Positions 13,176 through 24,709 of a stretch of 54,885 bases of DNA are shown here, piece by piece. The notes below the pieces were generated by a model, which worked only from the letters and a program-made list of their open reading frames with translations, was not told where the DNA came from and made no database searches. Source of the stretch: Halocafeteria seosinensis. Taxonomy: Eukaryota. Position 1 is the first letter of the stretch; each line of letters starts with the position of its first letter. The stretch covers positions 62,001 to 116,885 of the forward strand of contig LVLI01000170.1 of assembly GCA_001687465.1 (NCBI GenBank), given 5' to 3'. Position numbers and translations under genes: made by a program.

Positions 13176-13643
13176 CAGTGATGAGAATTTCTTTCCGCAC
13201 TGTCATGTCTATTTTTGGGATATACAAGCTTCCTGTAGCTCTCGAACCTGTCGGTATCTTCAGTCAGTCTCTTCCCTTACCGCGGTGTACCGGGTACAAG
13301 AACTCAAGGGAATTCCCATGCGCTGGCGCTTATAGAAGGGGAGCCAATTGCTGCGCCTCAAGTACACCACCGGCCATCAAGATGGCATAGAAATAGACAC
13401 TATAGACGTTTTGCGGTTGCCATAGACTTGCAACTTGCAACTTCTTCCATGCGCCCTAGTTTTTTAGCTCAGCTCTTGTCCGTACCCACGTCCTCATAGT
13501 CATTGACAATGATTGACTAGGTCCTCAGGACCTCAGGGGTTATACAGGTGGAAGGGCACAGGCGGTACACGGGATCGATGCCACTGGTGTCGTTGCGTCG
13601 ATCCGGAATGAGAAATTGGCGCTCTCTGACCTCCATTCGGGTC
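13176..13643 (+). repeat. Internally deleted local duplicate of 16441-16800 joined to 17451-17560 (UTP13 upstream region plus a 5' CDS fragment)
   Basis: 13176-13535 aligns by eye with 16441-16800. 13535-13643 (aggggttatacaggtggaagggcacagg...cattcgggtca) is near-identical to UTP13 coding sequence at 17451-17560. Confidence 0.85.
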
Positions 13644-13704
13644 ATAGCAACTCGTTTATTGATTTTGAGTACACCAAGAAGATACGAACAGAAGACCGCT
13701 TCTT

Positions 13705-14868
13705 TCAGTCAGAGAGGCGGAATTCCTTTACGTAGTATTGATATATGGATCCCGCGTCGTTCTCGTAATCTACGAAAGTAAACAGCATATTGAAGTTCCA
13801 AGACTTATTCGACGGCGCATATTCATCCGTATGTGGAATAGATACAAAACCAGTCGTTGGATACCCGTGGGTGAAAGATTGAGAAAACTCCTGAAGGTTC
13901 GCTTCGACCCCCTTCGTCTTCTCAGCACCCAGACGAAGGTCAACGAGTGCTGGGCCTTGTTTATTGCGATCCAAATACTGCCCAAACACCACAACAAAGT
14001 CTCCGTCCAACCAGACCAGATCGTACACTTCTTTGAAAAAATGTGGGCTGTTAAATTGGAACGGGGAAGAACAGGAGAGAGCACTGGGGCCAGTCGCGTT
14101 ACACGCGAAAGCCTTCGACGCACCTCCGTCTAAGCCCTCCTGATCAACAACCAGCAAAGATTGTTGGTCTGGGGACGTTGAAAGCCCTATAGATTTCATA
14201 TCGAACTCCTTCGCAACATTGAAGCTCTTAAGGGTCTTGATGATACCCGGGTGCTCCCACTGATCCACCACCGCAATTACAAGATTATGGCCACCACAGT
14301 CAATGGCCACCAACGGTGAGCTACTGACCCCAAAGAGTTTGACCGACGTAACGGTACAAAAATCAGCGCCCTTCGGATAGGGTGGCGAGACTGGAGACAA
14401 ATCGATGCTGGTTCTGTTAGGGAAAGTAGTCATCATCATCAGTAGAACTCTTCCATCATCAGCTTCGGTAGCGTTCGCCGCACCGGCTAAATAAGTACCG
14501 CCAGTATGCATTTTCAAGGTATCGGCACTATGCCCCAAGGTTGTATCTCTAGGGCATGAACTACAGGTTACGTTAATGGGGGCATTAGTACACGCCTTCT
14601 TGGGAGAAAACATGTACTGCCCGGATGTCTTGGGGGCTATTCCCAGTATCCCGAGCAATAACCAATCTGCTTGACCACGGTCAACAAGACCCTCAGTTAT
14701 GTAGTCAACACTGCCAAAAGCTGTACCTCCGGGAAGTGGGCAATAGGAATATACTTGCGCTCCTGAAACAGTGGCCTCTCCTTTTTCAGTTTGTCTGCCT
14801 GGCACTGGTGTCACTGAAGCAGTGGCTGCGGCAGAATTTGTATTCCCGTCCGCTCTGCATCGACGTCC
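13705..14868 (-). CDS. Hypothetical beta-rich protein (about 370-390 aa), probably with an upstream exon
   Basis: Long ORF 13705-14814 stays open to a candidate acceptor at 14869; candidate donor gtaagg at ~14925. No family recognised and the 5' structure is unresolved. Confidence 0.6.
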   Translation of the reverse strand, partial: GRRCRADGNTNSAAATASVTPVPGRQTEKGEATVSGAQVYSYCPLPGGTAFGSVDYITEGLVDRGQADWLLLGILGIAPKTSGQYMFSPKKACTNAPINVTCSSCPRDTTLGHSADTLKMHTGGTYLAGAANATEADDGRVLLMMMTTFPNRTSIDLSPVSPPYPKGADFCTVTSVKLFGVSSSPLVAIDCGGHNLVIAVVDQWEHPGIIKTLKSFNVAKEFDMKSIGLSTSPDQQSLLVVDQEGLDGGASKAFACNATGPSALSCSSPFQFNSPHFFKEVYDLVWLDGDFVVVFGQYLDRNKQGPALVDLRLGAEKTKGVEANLQEFSQSFTHGYPTTGFVSIPHTDEYAPSNKSWNFNMLFTFVDYENDAGSIYQYYVKEFRLSD

Positions 14869-15908
14869 CTATCAACAATAGTCGGACAAGAAAACGAACA
14901 ATAAGCTTCAGTTAGTAGCCCTTACGATTGCAGCATGCTCCTCGCTTGTGCATAAAGTTGGGGACACAATAGTGTAAGGAGAAAAATTGGGACTGCATAC
15001 ACGCCGGCCCGGCTTCGTGTTTGTCGCGACGGGAGCATCTTCCTGATCTTCCAGTGCTGTGCCAAAAAATACAACCGAAGAATTTCCTGCAAAAGAATAC
15101 AAGTCAAAGCATGGAGCGAGTACGGAATGGTAGTGCTTAAGCCAGTGGCGGTTTACACAACTCCTTTAGAATTTATTCAAATGCCGGGGAGGTAGCCGGT
15201 ACTAAGGACACACCTTGAACCACTCATCGATCCGACCCCTTTATGGCGGATATGAAGGGTCTAATGGGTACATAAGGGTACGTTACTATTTCATTTTAGT
15301 CGATGTTTATTCATGCATTCGAATAGAGCACTTGAATCGTCTAAATGCTCTCTCTATCTGTCGCCTGTTTAAGCGCGGCGCCCTTCCTCCGGAGGCACAA
15401 ATACGCCCATTTATGAAAGGTCTTGACGCTTTGCAACTTACAATATGAACATATAAATCGATTTCAGCTCTCAAAGCACGTGTGGTTGTAACTTCCACAT
15501 AGGACATACCAAATGGTGTACCATGTAATAATACATGGCAGACTTCCCCCTCCTTTTCTACATCAGCCCGCGTTATCATTCTCCACTCCATTCTGACATG
15601 AAGATTATTTTTATGCTAGCAACATACAATGTCGTGCAGTTCCGGATGGACCCAAGTCCAGACGGTCCTGTCGGGAACACAGCGGGGGCACTGTCTTACT
15701 CCCGTCCTACGGCTTGGCCCCGACGAAATTAGTCTATGCGGATGCTTCCCAACGGGACCAGTCACATCATTTCCATCTCCCCCCTGGAGTGAAGTAGCTT
15801 CCGTCCTGTCCTCCCGCAACCACGGCCATCCTGGATTCTGAACAAAAACAGACCATTTACATTAATGTGTGTCCCTTCCGAGCTCATATCCATACCCAAT
15901 CTGTGACT

Positions 15909-16211
15909 CACACACACAAATGTGACAGATAGCCCACCGGCCGGGGAATTGACCGCATCCTCTTAACGAGGAGCGGTATGCGCCCGTGTTAAGCAGCGAC
16001 GGGACCGCTGTTCCTGCAGCCTTGCTGACATGCGCCGTGAGGGAACACAACACTGGGTTTGCTCAGGAGGCATCGGAGGAGGAGCCATGCCTGCGCCCAC
16101 GATGTCAGGGGTACCGTCCAGACTCAGTCTGGCAGGTGAAGCCCCTGAGCCTGCCACAGCGACGCCGACACCAGGACCGGTTGCAGCAGCGCAGGCAGGA
16201 TTAAGTGTTGG
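15909..16211 (-). mobile_element. 5'-truncated retroposon-like element, copy A
   Basis: Reverse complement of 34079-34397. Flanked by the direct repeat tctgtgact (15900-15908, 16212-16220). The sense 3' end is tcacatttgtgtgtgtg. Confidence 0.8.
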
Positions 16212-16778
16212 TCTGTGACTACATCTCCCATGCGTCTCCCATCTTCTCCAGGAATGAAACAATCAGTCAACAAAATGGCATCTTCTGATGCTTAGACTCC
16301 GATTCTCTCACCTTGTCTCAGTTTCTGACGTATTTACGGTGATTCACCGATGATCGAAGGAGCATCGACAAAGCCCAGGCCTTTCGGCGTCCCAATCCCA
16401 GGGTAAATCCCACAAAAGTCCCAATAACATTTTGGGACAGACAGTGATGAGAAATCTCTTTCAGCACTATCATGTCCATTTTTTGGGATATACGACCTTT
16501 CTGTAGCTCTCGAACCTGCCGGTATCTTCAGCCAGCATCTTCCCTTATCGCGGTGGACCGGGTACTGGAACTCAATGGAATTCCCATGCGCTTTTAGGAG
16601 GGGAGCCAATTGCTGCGCCTCAAATACAGTACCGTGGTACTCCACCGGCCATCAAGATGGCCATAATAGACGTTTTGCAATTGCCATAGACTTGCAACTT
16701 GCAACTCCTTCCACGCGCCCTAGTTTTGTAGTTCAGCTCTTGTCCGTACCAGGTCCTTATTATCCCAATGTTGACTCT

Positions 16779-16807
16779 TCAAGTTGACCTCAAGTTGACC
16801 TCAAGTT
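16779..16807. repeat. 11-bp tandem repeat (tcaagttgacc x2.6)
   Basis: Read directly from the sequence; it lies near the deletion breakpoint of the 13.2-13.6 kb duplicate. Confidence 0.7.
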
Positions 16808-17357
16808 AGATTATCCCCGACCGTTAACGCTGGTACATTTTGCCATACTAAGTTGGATACCTTCTCATTAGTGAGTCATCACTCTGATCACTGTGAAACT
16901 GTGTTTCCCGCGTGTGTTGCAGGCAGGGAAACGGGGACTCTGAAATTGTTGCTTTTGGAGAGATTAACCAGTAGCTACTTAAACTTCCACACGGGTACCT
17001 GGACTTGCCTGGAGAAGCGCTTGTGCTGGCGACTGGTACTGTACAGTCGTATTCACGATGGCTGAAGACGATGAGGCCGCGGCTATCACGTATATGAGCC
17101 ATCCCGAGGCGGCGGCAATGGCTCGTAAACACAGAAGTAGAGGACATTTGGTTGAACAAAGAAGTGATTCCAATTACAAACTGTATACAGGGCACTGAAA
17201 ATTTCAGTCTGAAATCAACCCAACTTCAACTTCAACATGGGTGTCACTGGGAGCTGCCTTCATTAGAGGAGGACACTGCATAATATAGTGTGTTTTGTGG
17301 GGGATATCGTGTCATTACACAGGAGAAGAAGGCCGAGTCCGTTGTGCATCTGTGGTC

Positions 17358-20300
17358 ATGGGAGAGGAGCAGCAGACGGCGGGGTTCCCGTCCAACCGCC
17401 CGGTCGCAGGTGGGTTGACGAGAGATTGGGACATTTATACGCGTTTTGAAGGGGGTTATACAGGTGGAAGGGCACAGGCGGTACACGGGATCGATGCCAC
17501 TGGTGTCGTTGCGTCGATCCGGAATGAGAAATTGGCGCTCTTTGACCTCCATTCGGGTCAAATTCGCCTGGTTTTGGGCTCTGACAGCACCCAATCGGCC
17601 GATTTACAAGGCTCGAGTGTCATTGATGAGACCATTACAGCCTTCGCAGTGCACCCCAGCAAGCCTCGAGCGGTCACATGTAGCCGCAATATGATGATGC
17701 GTCATTGGAACCTAGGCACGGGAGAATGCCTTGGGGCGTGGAAGCTGCACCATCAGAAACCCGTGTTATCCATGGATTACGATTATACAGGAACCCTCAT
17801 GGCTACGGGAGGTAGTGACTCGAATGTAATGGTGTGGGATGTGGAGGGAGGCTTCCCAACCCACTCGTTCAAGGGACATGGAGCTGTCGTTCATTATGTC
17901 ACCTTCCACCCTCGGAACTTACTACTGGCTTCGGCAGACGATGATGGAAAATTACGGTTGTGGGATCTCAAGCAACGAACTTGCATTCAAGAGGTTTCGG
18001 AGCACTACTCTGCTGTTACTAGTGTTTTATGGAACCACGATGATTCAAGAATGGTGAGCACAGGTCGTGATAAAGTCATCAACGTATGGAGAATCAACAG
18101 TGCTTGGGATGTATCATTAGTGAACACAGTCCCTGTGTTTGAGAGTGTCGAATGTTTGATGGAACTATCCAGGGACACAATTCTAAATGCGTTATCTCAG
18201 GACAAAGATGTAAACAAACGGCAGGATCTCACCGCTGACGATGTATTCTTCTTCCTCACAGCTGGCGATAGAGGTCAGATTCGCTTATGGAAGCACTGTG
18301 CGGGCTCGAGCGACAATGTAGAGCTTTCTCATGGGATTGATCTCCGATCTCGTAGTGCTCAGTCTAGCAAGCGCAAAACTCAAGACGATAAAGAGGATTC
18401 AAATTTGGGGACGCAGTTCAATGAGCTGGTATTGCTAAAGCAGCACTCTGCAAGCCCAGTCGTGGCTGCATTTTCCAAGGGTCATACTATCGAGTTCTTT
18501 ACGTTGGGGAAACCTAATAATCAAAAATCGCCTTGCCGTCTTCTCCATGACAAAACTGTGGCTGGCCACCTCGACGACGTGATTGAAGCAAAATATCTAT
18601 GCAAGGACGGATACGAACAAGACAGAACGCTCTTGGCGATGGCAACAAATAGCGAACAGTGGCAGCTTATGAATATGAGCACGCTAGGAACCAGAGTTTT
18701 TGGAGGACATGATGACATGATTTTATGCCTCTCTGTCTCACCTTGTGGTGGTTTCGTAGCCACTGGGAGTAAAGACTACACTGCCCGTCTTTGGGATATC
18801 AGTAAGAACCAGTGCATCAGCATCTTAGAAGGCCATACCGAGTCTGTCGGTGCAGTATGTTTCCCTTACAAAAAACATACGTTTTCGTCAGCTGGCACTC
18901 CATTTCTCTTGACAGGAAGCAAAGACAGGACAATGAAGAAATGGAACCTGTCTCCCGTATTCAAGAACGCCGAAAATAATGGAATGATAAAATTAAATTC
19001 AGTAGCTACAATTAAAGCGCATGAAAAAGATATCAATGGGATTGCTGTTTCTCCAAATGACAAACTGGCAGCTACAGCGTCACAGGATAAGAGCATAAAA
19101 CTCTGGTCTGCAGATGCCTTAAACCATGTCGGAACACTCAAGGGACATAAGAGGGGTGTTTGGAGCGTCCAATTCTCACCGGTTGACCGTGTTCTAGCCA
19201 GTGCCTCGGGAGACAGCACTATTAGGCTGTGGAATGTTACTGACTTTAGCTGCCTTCGCACTTTCCAAGGACACAATGCTGGTGTCCTTCAGCTAACGTT
19301 TCTGTCGGGTGGCTTACAAATAATGAGCGGAGGTGCGGATGGATTAGTAAAACTTTGGAATATTCACGACAGTGAGTGCGTCAATACCTGGGAAGCACAT
19401 GAAGGGAAGATTTGGGCCTTAGATGTTAAACAGTATAGAAGCTCCGGAAAGGTGAACGAAACGACGGATCGTTCGGGAGAGGATACATTCGTTGGTGAAA
19501 TGATCACAGGCGGAGCTGACGGAGTGATCGCTTCCTGGAGAGATGTAACGGCAGAAAAGGCTGAAGAAGAAATTATCATGAGAGAGAAAGAGACTGAAAA
19601 GCAGCAAGAGTTGTATAATTCAATGCTTATGAGGAAGTACAATGAGACTATACAATTATGCGTGGAACTAGACCAACCAGGCCGACTCAGAGACATTCTG
19701 GCAGAACTTTTGGATATTGGTCCCACCCATTCCAAACTGGATAACCCTAACGACATAAATTCTGTAAATCTCCTCGGAGACAAAGCCCAACGCCAATGGG
19801 AAAAAGCGATGGACTACGAATTCGACGCTTTGAAAAAGGAGCAAGCTGGTATCCATGTGGATAGCGAATCCGGTCAGGCATTTGCAGGGCTTGGACTTGG
19901 CCCAAGAGCGGGTAGAGAGAAGATCGCTGAAGCGCTCCGTCATCTTCGTCCCAGTGACTTAGACCAACTATTCAAGTGGTTGCGTGACTGGAACACGCGC
20001 GCGAGATTTTCTGTTGTGGCGCAGAAGGTGTTGAAAATACTCTTACAGAGTGTTAGCCAGAGTGTACTCAGGGAGTGTACAGAATTTAGACCTACAATAG
20101 CTGCGATGCTTCCCTATACTGCCCGCCATCTTGAGCGTCTTGATCGCCTTCTTCAATCAGCATATTTACTCAACTACACTGTTCACGGAATGATGTCAAT
20201 GGGAGGAAGTACAGAGTCGCAGGATACCACCGAAATCACCCACGGATCGGACACCGTATCGATAACCCTAGCCAATCGAACAGCTCCAGATCCAAGAAGC

Positions 20301-20567
20301 TCATCAGATGAACGAGACAGCAGCAGCGATAGTGAAAGCGAAGAATCTGAGGATGAAGAGGGTAAGCAAGACAATGTTGATGTTGATAGGGGCAACCAAG
20401 CCGGTTCTCAGAAGACTGAAAACCCCAAACAAAATGGATACAAAACACCTGCGAAATCCCTGAGCCAATCGCAGACGCGAACGAAAAGGACCAATCCAGG
20501 GTCGAAGAACAAAGAGGCTGTGGGCCCTTCTCCACCGGTGACACGCAAAAGTCGAAGAAAGAAATAG
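17358..20567 (+). CDS. UTP13: U3 snoRNA-associated protein 13 / transducin beta-like 3 (WD40, SSU processome)
   Basis: Many WD40 repeats (THSFKGH, AHEKDINGIAVSPNDKLAATASQDK, GHKRGVWSVQFSPVD) plus the Utp13 C-terminal signature (LRDWNTRAR..VAQKVL..PYTARHLERLDRLLQSAYLLNYTV). Single exon; first ATG at 17358. Confidence 0.95.
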   Translation: MGEEQQTAGFPSNRPVAGGLTRDWDIYTRFEGGYTGGRAQAVHGIDATGVVASIRNEKLALFDLHSGQIRLVLGSDSTQSADLQGSSVIDETITAFAVHPSKPRAVTCSRNMMMRHWNLGTGECLGAWKLHHQKPVLSMDYDYTGTLMATGGSDSNVMVWDVEGGFPTHSFKGHGAVVHYVTFHPRNLLLASADDDGKLRLWDLKQRTCIQEVSEHYSAVTSVLWNHDDSRMVSTGRDKVINVWRINSAWDVSLVNTVPVFESVECLMELSRDTILNALSQDKDVNKRQDLTADDVFFFLTAGDRGQIRLWKHCAGSSDNVELSHGIDLRSRSAQSSKRKTQDDKEDSNLGTQFNELVLLKQHSASPVVAAFSKGHTIEFFTLGKPNNQKSPCRLLHDKTVAGHLDDVIEAKYLCKDGYEQDRTLLAMATNSEQWQLMNMSTLGTRVFGGHDDMILCLSVSPCGGFVATGSKDYTARLWDISKNQCISILEGHTESVGAVCFPYKKHTFSSAGTPFLLTGSKDRTMKKWNLSPVFKNAENNGMIKLNSVATIKAHEKDINGIAVSPNDKLAATASQDKSIKLWSADALNHVGTLKGHKRGVWSVQFSPVDRVLASASGDSTIRLWNVTDFSCLRTFQGHNAGVLQLTFLSGGLQIMSGGADGLVKLWNIHDSECVNTWEAHEGKIWALDVKQYRSSGKVNETTDRSGEDTFVGEMITGGADGVIASWRDVTAEKAEEEIIMREKETEKQQELYNSMLMRKYNETIQLCVELDQPGRLRDILAELLDIGPTHSKLDNPNDINSVNLLGDKAQRQWEKAMDYEFDALKKEQAGIHVDSESGQAFAGLGLGPRAGREKIAEALRHLRPSDLDQLFKWLRDWNTRARFSVVAQKVLKILLQSVSQSVLRECTEFRPTIAAMLPYTARHLERLDRLLQSAYLLNYTVHGMMSMGGSTESQDTTEITHGSDTVSITLANRTAPDPRSSSDERDSSSDSESEESEDEEGKQDNVDVDRGNQAGSQKTENPKQNGYKTPAKSLSQSQTRTKRTNPGSKNKEAVGPSPPVTRKSRRKK

Positions 20568-20598
20568 AACATACCGGTATCCACACCTACATCATTTC

Positions 20599-23500
20599 TT
20601 AATCTAGTCGAGACAATAGGCGCTTCATATAGTCCACTTGCTGATACTGGCGGTTCCATATGTTGCTCTTATCCCGAAGCGACCTCTCCTCTTCTTCCTT
20701 TGCGTATGTCTCCATCGTCCGCTTAAAATTTGCCTCCTTACGCCGCTGCCTTTCCATCCTCCTTTGCATATCAGATGCCCTGTCCTTACGTTGATCTTGA
20801 GTAAATTCGTCGATTGGGTTCATACCATCCCCTGTACCAATTTGCGGATTGCCCGGTTGATCCCAAGCGTACGAGCGATCCAAATTAAAAATTTCGCGTT
20901 TCCATCCGGCTCCAGAGGTTGCCAGCTCCTGCTGTGTGGGTGCTCTGGAAGCGCGTTTGTTGAACATTCTATCCTTATCTGAAGAATAGTACTCCGTACC
21001 AGCGCGACCGGTGACGCTCAGCTCAGTAGCGAGATCCGGGGGTTTGAGTGGTTTCGCTCTCCGTGCAACCCGGTTCGCAGAGGCTTCATGAAGTACTTGA
21101 TCCGCAGCGTTATCCAGTTTATTTTCCGATACCAGGGAAGCAACTGAGTCAACACCTGACGAACGCAAATTCTTGCGGGTTCTCCGCGACAGTGAACTCT
21201 TGGAAGATGGAATTGCTTTGTATACTCCCATAAGACCGGGTGAGTATAGTTGGTTTTTCTTCAGCTCATGCTCAGAATTATTGTACTGCCCGGGGTTTCG
21301 ATGGATCACATGATCCTGGCTGTTCTTTTTGCTTGTAGCTTGGAGGGCCGAAGTGCTTCGTGAGACGGCACCTTGTCGCAGACTGGTCGACCTATCCAAA
21401 TTCGCACTATCTCGCAACCGTTCAGCGTCTTCGCTACCCGAAATAAACGATACACTGCCAGATCTCTGAAGTTCTTCTCCTCCATTCCTCCTTGACCTCT
21501 CCTGGATTTCCTCTTCTGTCCATGTTGGCTTTCCTATCGTTTCGCTGTCCTCGATGCTGTGCGGCGGATGCAGCTGATGCTCTAATGCTGCGTGTGACTG
21601 CATTGGAAGTTCCCTCGTGTGAGCTTGGAAATCGATAGATTGACTTAATGCTTCGGAGTTACTGTCGCAGCGCGTCCTAGATCCCTCTTCTTCGGGCTGA
21701 GATTGCTGCTGCCATTGCTGAGATCGTCTAGATAGTACCGATTCCCGACATTTCCGCTCTTCTTCCAGCTCCTCTTCGTAGAACTTTATGTGTCTATCGA
21801 AATATTCATCAATCTGATCTCCCGGATTTTTATTTCTTGCAGGTTTCGACTGCTCGATAAGTTTATGTGGATAGATCGTATGGTCTTCTTCTGTTACATT
21901 CTCGAGGAGCGCTTTCATTTGATTCGCGGGGAGGGCTAAACAGAGGCCGGTTTCCCCACAAAACGAAACGAACTGATCCTGCGTTAGGAATCCCCTATTC
22001 TCGGTATCAAAATGCTTGAAGAGCTTGACGCATTTCCCTTCTTGATTAGCAAGTTTCTCTTTGAGTTTATCCCTCGCTCTTTCATAATCGTCCCTATGAT
22101 AGGGGTCTACGGCCTCTTCAAATTGCTTCGTCCGCTGTTGATCCTGCTCTAGAGCCTTGTCGTCAAATATAACCCTCCCATCGGTAGTCACAGCTGAGAT
22201 GTAGCTAGGATGGTCCACTTGAGCCTTTCCCAAACGTTGAAGCGCTTCAGGAGAGAATGTGCCGTAGCCCTTTACGCGGCCTCGTGTGTCGAAAAACTGA
22301 TAGTATTCGCGCTTAAATTCTTCCATTTGTTCTCTTGTCAAAGAAATAGGGAATTTTTTCGAACCACCTTCTCGACCATACTCGGATGCAGATTGAGCTG
22401 GATCAATCTTCGCCGTCTCACTTGGTTTAAACAGGCTATTCACTTGCCGAACATCCATTCGAGAGTCCGCAGAAGGATTCAATCCAAGAAATAGCAAGTT
22501 AGCCTCAGTTTTGGTCAAGGACATACCACACTCTTTTAGGGCATTATACCAGCTACCTTTGTCAACCACTGTCACATTTCTACCGTAGGTATCTTTCTTA
22601 GACGACGCTCCCCCGCTGGTCACACCTTGACGCTGGAGCGTCCGAATTAGAGTCTTAGCTGAAACATGATTGAAGGCGGCCAGATCTGAAAATTTTTGGC
22701 GGGCCTTCTTGATTTCGGCTTCGCAAGCACTTTGTAAATAGGCATCGTTAAGCCCAGTCAGTTGTTCGCTTCTATCAACATTCTCAGTTTCCGTTTGAAC
22801 ACTTTTCTTTTCACTCTCCCCCAGCCTTCCTTTCTCTTCATCAAAGTCTTTGGAAGGCTCTTCGGCACCAGCGGAAGCTGCATGTTCCCCAGAAGGGACA
22901 TTTAGCTTTTTCCGTTGCCTTGTCGACGAAACCATACCATTCGCCAGCGTTTGCATATTTCGTCTTCCCCTACTTTCTTTTGCTATACCATCTTCCCAGA
23001 ATGCTGAATCGGTGTTCATTAATGTGCTTTCCATGTAGGGACGATTTCGAACGGATGAGTGCATAACACCAGCATTCTCGGGTAACTCTCCGCTTCTTCC
23101 CTTCGTATCCTCCGAAACCCGTTTCGCTCTAGTCTTTTTCCTGTGCGTGCTCCCGGCCCTAGATGCTGAAATGCTTGTTGCCAAGGAGCGTTGCGTGGGG
23201 GCCCATCGCTTAGCTTCGGTCGCGAGCGAGGCCCTCTCTTCCCGCTGACTTTGCGCAGGACTGTACGGAGGGTCATTCTGAGGCGTTTGTTCGCGATGGG
23301 CGTATTTTACATCTTCCTCCGATGAGCTCCGTCCGGACAAAAACCTCTGGCTGCGTGACGCCAATTTGTACTGTTGGGTGTCCGCCACCTTGTCAAACGT
23401 GGAATTCAACACTTCCGAGACATTAACGTGTTGAGGATATTGCGCTTCGGGGCTCGTCGAGCGCAACACCGATGTCGACGAGGTTAAGCGCTGTCCTTTC

Positions 23501-23799
23501 GTACTGCCTAATGCCGAGCGCTTGCCCCCGGGACGAAACATAGCGGTCTCCCCCGGAATCACGGACATATCGTCTGAAGCTGCTTCCATTCCACCACCCC
23601 CGCTGGGGCGCGACATTTGTTGGGAGGACCCATGGCGCTGCGACAGCGCTGTCGTCGAGTGACTTGATCCGAGCCGATAGTGCCGTGGAGGCGAAAACCC
23701 TTGGCCTGTCCGCGAAGCGTCATAATGGTTTAATTGAGTGGCTTTGGTTCCCAGCGTCACGCCGCCGCTCAACGGAAGTCGCACTCGACGAGGCTGCAT
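20599..23799 (-). CDS. Large, mostly disordered protein with EF-hand-like motifs
   Basis: Open frame of about 1066 aa. LFKHFDTENRGFLTQDQFVSF resembles an EF-hand, with a second degenerate helix-loop-helix (EANLLFLGLNPSADSRMD) and a coiled-coil-like C-terminus. Confidence 0.75.
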   Translation of the reverse strand: MQPRRVRLPLSGGVTLGTKATQLNHYDASRTGQGFSPPRHYRLGSSHSTTALSQRHGSSQQMSRPSGGGGMEAASDDMSVIPGETAMFRPGGKRSALGSTKGQRLTSSTSVLRSTSPEAQYPQHVNVSEVLNSTFDKVADTQQYKLASRSQRFLSGRSSSEEDVKYAHREQTPQNDPPYSPAQSQREERASLATEAKRWAPTQRSLATSISASRAGSTHRKKTRAKRVSEDTKGRSGELPENAGVMHSSVRNRPYMESTLMNTDSAFWEDGIAKESRGRRNMQTLANGMVSSTRQRKKLNVPSGEHAASAGAEEPSKDFDEEKGRLGESEKKSVQTETENVDRSEQLTGLNDAYLQSACEAEIKKARQKFSDLAAFNHVSAKTLIRTLQRQGVTSGGASSKKDTYGRNVTVVDKGSWYNALKECGMSLTKTEANLLFLGLNPSADSRMDVRQVNSLFKPSETAKIDPAQSASEYGREGGSKKFPISLTREQMEEFKREYYQFFDTRGRVKGYGTFSPEALQRLGKAQVDHPSYISAVTTDGRVIFDDKALEQDQQRTKQFEEAVDPYHRDDYERARDKLKEKLANQEGKCVKLFKHFDTENRGFLTQDQFVSFCGETGLCLALPANQMKALLENVTEEDHTIYPHKLIEQSKPARNKNPGDQIDEYFDRHIKFYEEELEEERKCRESVLSRRSQQWQQQSQPEEEGSRTRCDSNSEALSQSIDFQAHTRELPMQSHAALEHQLHPPHSIEDSETIGKPTWTEEEIQERSRRNGGEELQRSGSVSFISGSEDAERLRDSANLDRSTSLRQGAVSRSTSALQATSKKNSQDHVIHRNPGQYNNSEHELKKNQLYSPGLMGVYKAIPSSKSSLSRRTRKNLRSSGVDSVASLVSENKLDNAADQVLHEASANRVARRAKPLKPPDLATELSVTGRAGTEYYSSDKDRMFNKRASRAPTQQELATSGAGWKREIFNLDRSYAWDQPGNPQIGTGDGMNPIDEFTQDQRKDRASDMQRRMERQRRKEANFKRTMETYAKEEEERSLRDKSNIWNRQYQQVDYMKRLLSRLD

Positions 23800-24709
23800 T
23801 CCCCACACGCGTTTACTCGTTTTTCATTTAACGGCAATGCCCAATTCTACCACCTACAAATGCATTTAAAGGTGACGCATCCATCCATGCTGTCTGTCAG
23901 ACAATCAAGCTGACATGTGCATATTTACAGAACAGTTCAACAATAGAGCCGCTGCAGTCGCGCCAAAAAGTGCAACGTCGCAAGCAGTCGCAACCTTGTT
24001 TACACGGTACAACGACGACCTCCAAAAAAAAAACAAATTGTGGCCAAAACAGCTCACCTTTGATGTTGAGTCACATTAGATTCCTACCGTTCATCTACAT
24101 CTGGTACGCGCTACTACCTACCGGATACAGCTACCGTTCGACATTGTATGGACCTTACTCCGCCTTGCGTTGCTTACAAATCTACTAATAACTGCAACTG
24201 TGCCAGCACTGCCAGGCTCCGTAATACCTGTCGTCCTTACTGTTTGTGGATAGGTCTGCGTGGTGATAGTGCCCTCAAGAGCTTACCCATTGTTTTTTTA
24301 ATCCAACCTGTACTGCTAATCTGATGCAAATGTGCGAAGGACGCACGGGTACGTAGCTGGTGCCAGGTTTTCAGGAGCACTCCGTGTTAAGCTAGGTGGT
24401 AATTGAGTGGCAAATCTTAGGAACCGACACTGGTTTCGGATCCAATGGCTCCTGCTGGTTCCTTTCGGCAGTGAGAAAGATCGTTTGCTTGGCTCCCAGC
24501 ACTTGCGAAGAAAGAAACCTGAGCTCTTCCATTTTCATGCGATAGAACGAATAGTACTAGCAACTATTCTTTTACTCTTGGCCGGGGAAATTTGTTTGCC
24601 ATTACTGGAGAAAACCCTCCAAACTAGCAACAATTTGGCTTTCTCCTTCGCTCTGCATATTGATGTGATAAGAGGATACAGTGTCCCTTAGCAGAGGAAT
24701 CTGTACCCC

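Noticed and set aside
15215..15860. Short ORFs next to retroposon copy A as part of that element
   Set aside because: They lie outside the TSDs and show no RT or endonuclease motifs.
18521..20659. Minus-strand ORFs overlapping UTP13 (and similar shadow ORFs over other long genes)
   Set aside because: Antisense shadows of a strongly supported CDS, with no motifs of their own.
24000..24700. Short ORFs between the EF-hand gene and STN1
   Set aside because: No motifs or consistent splice structure.
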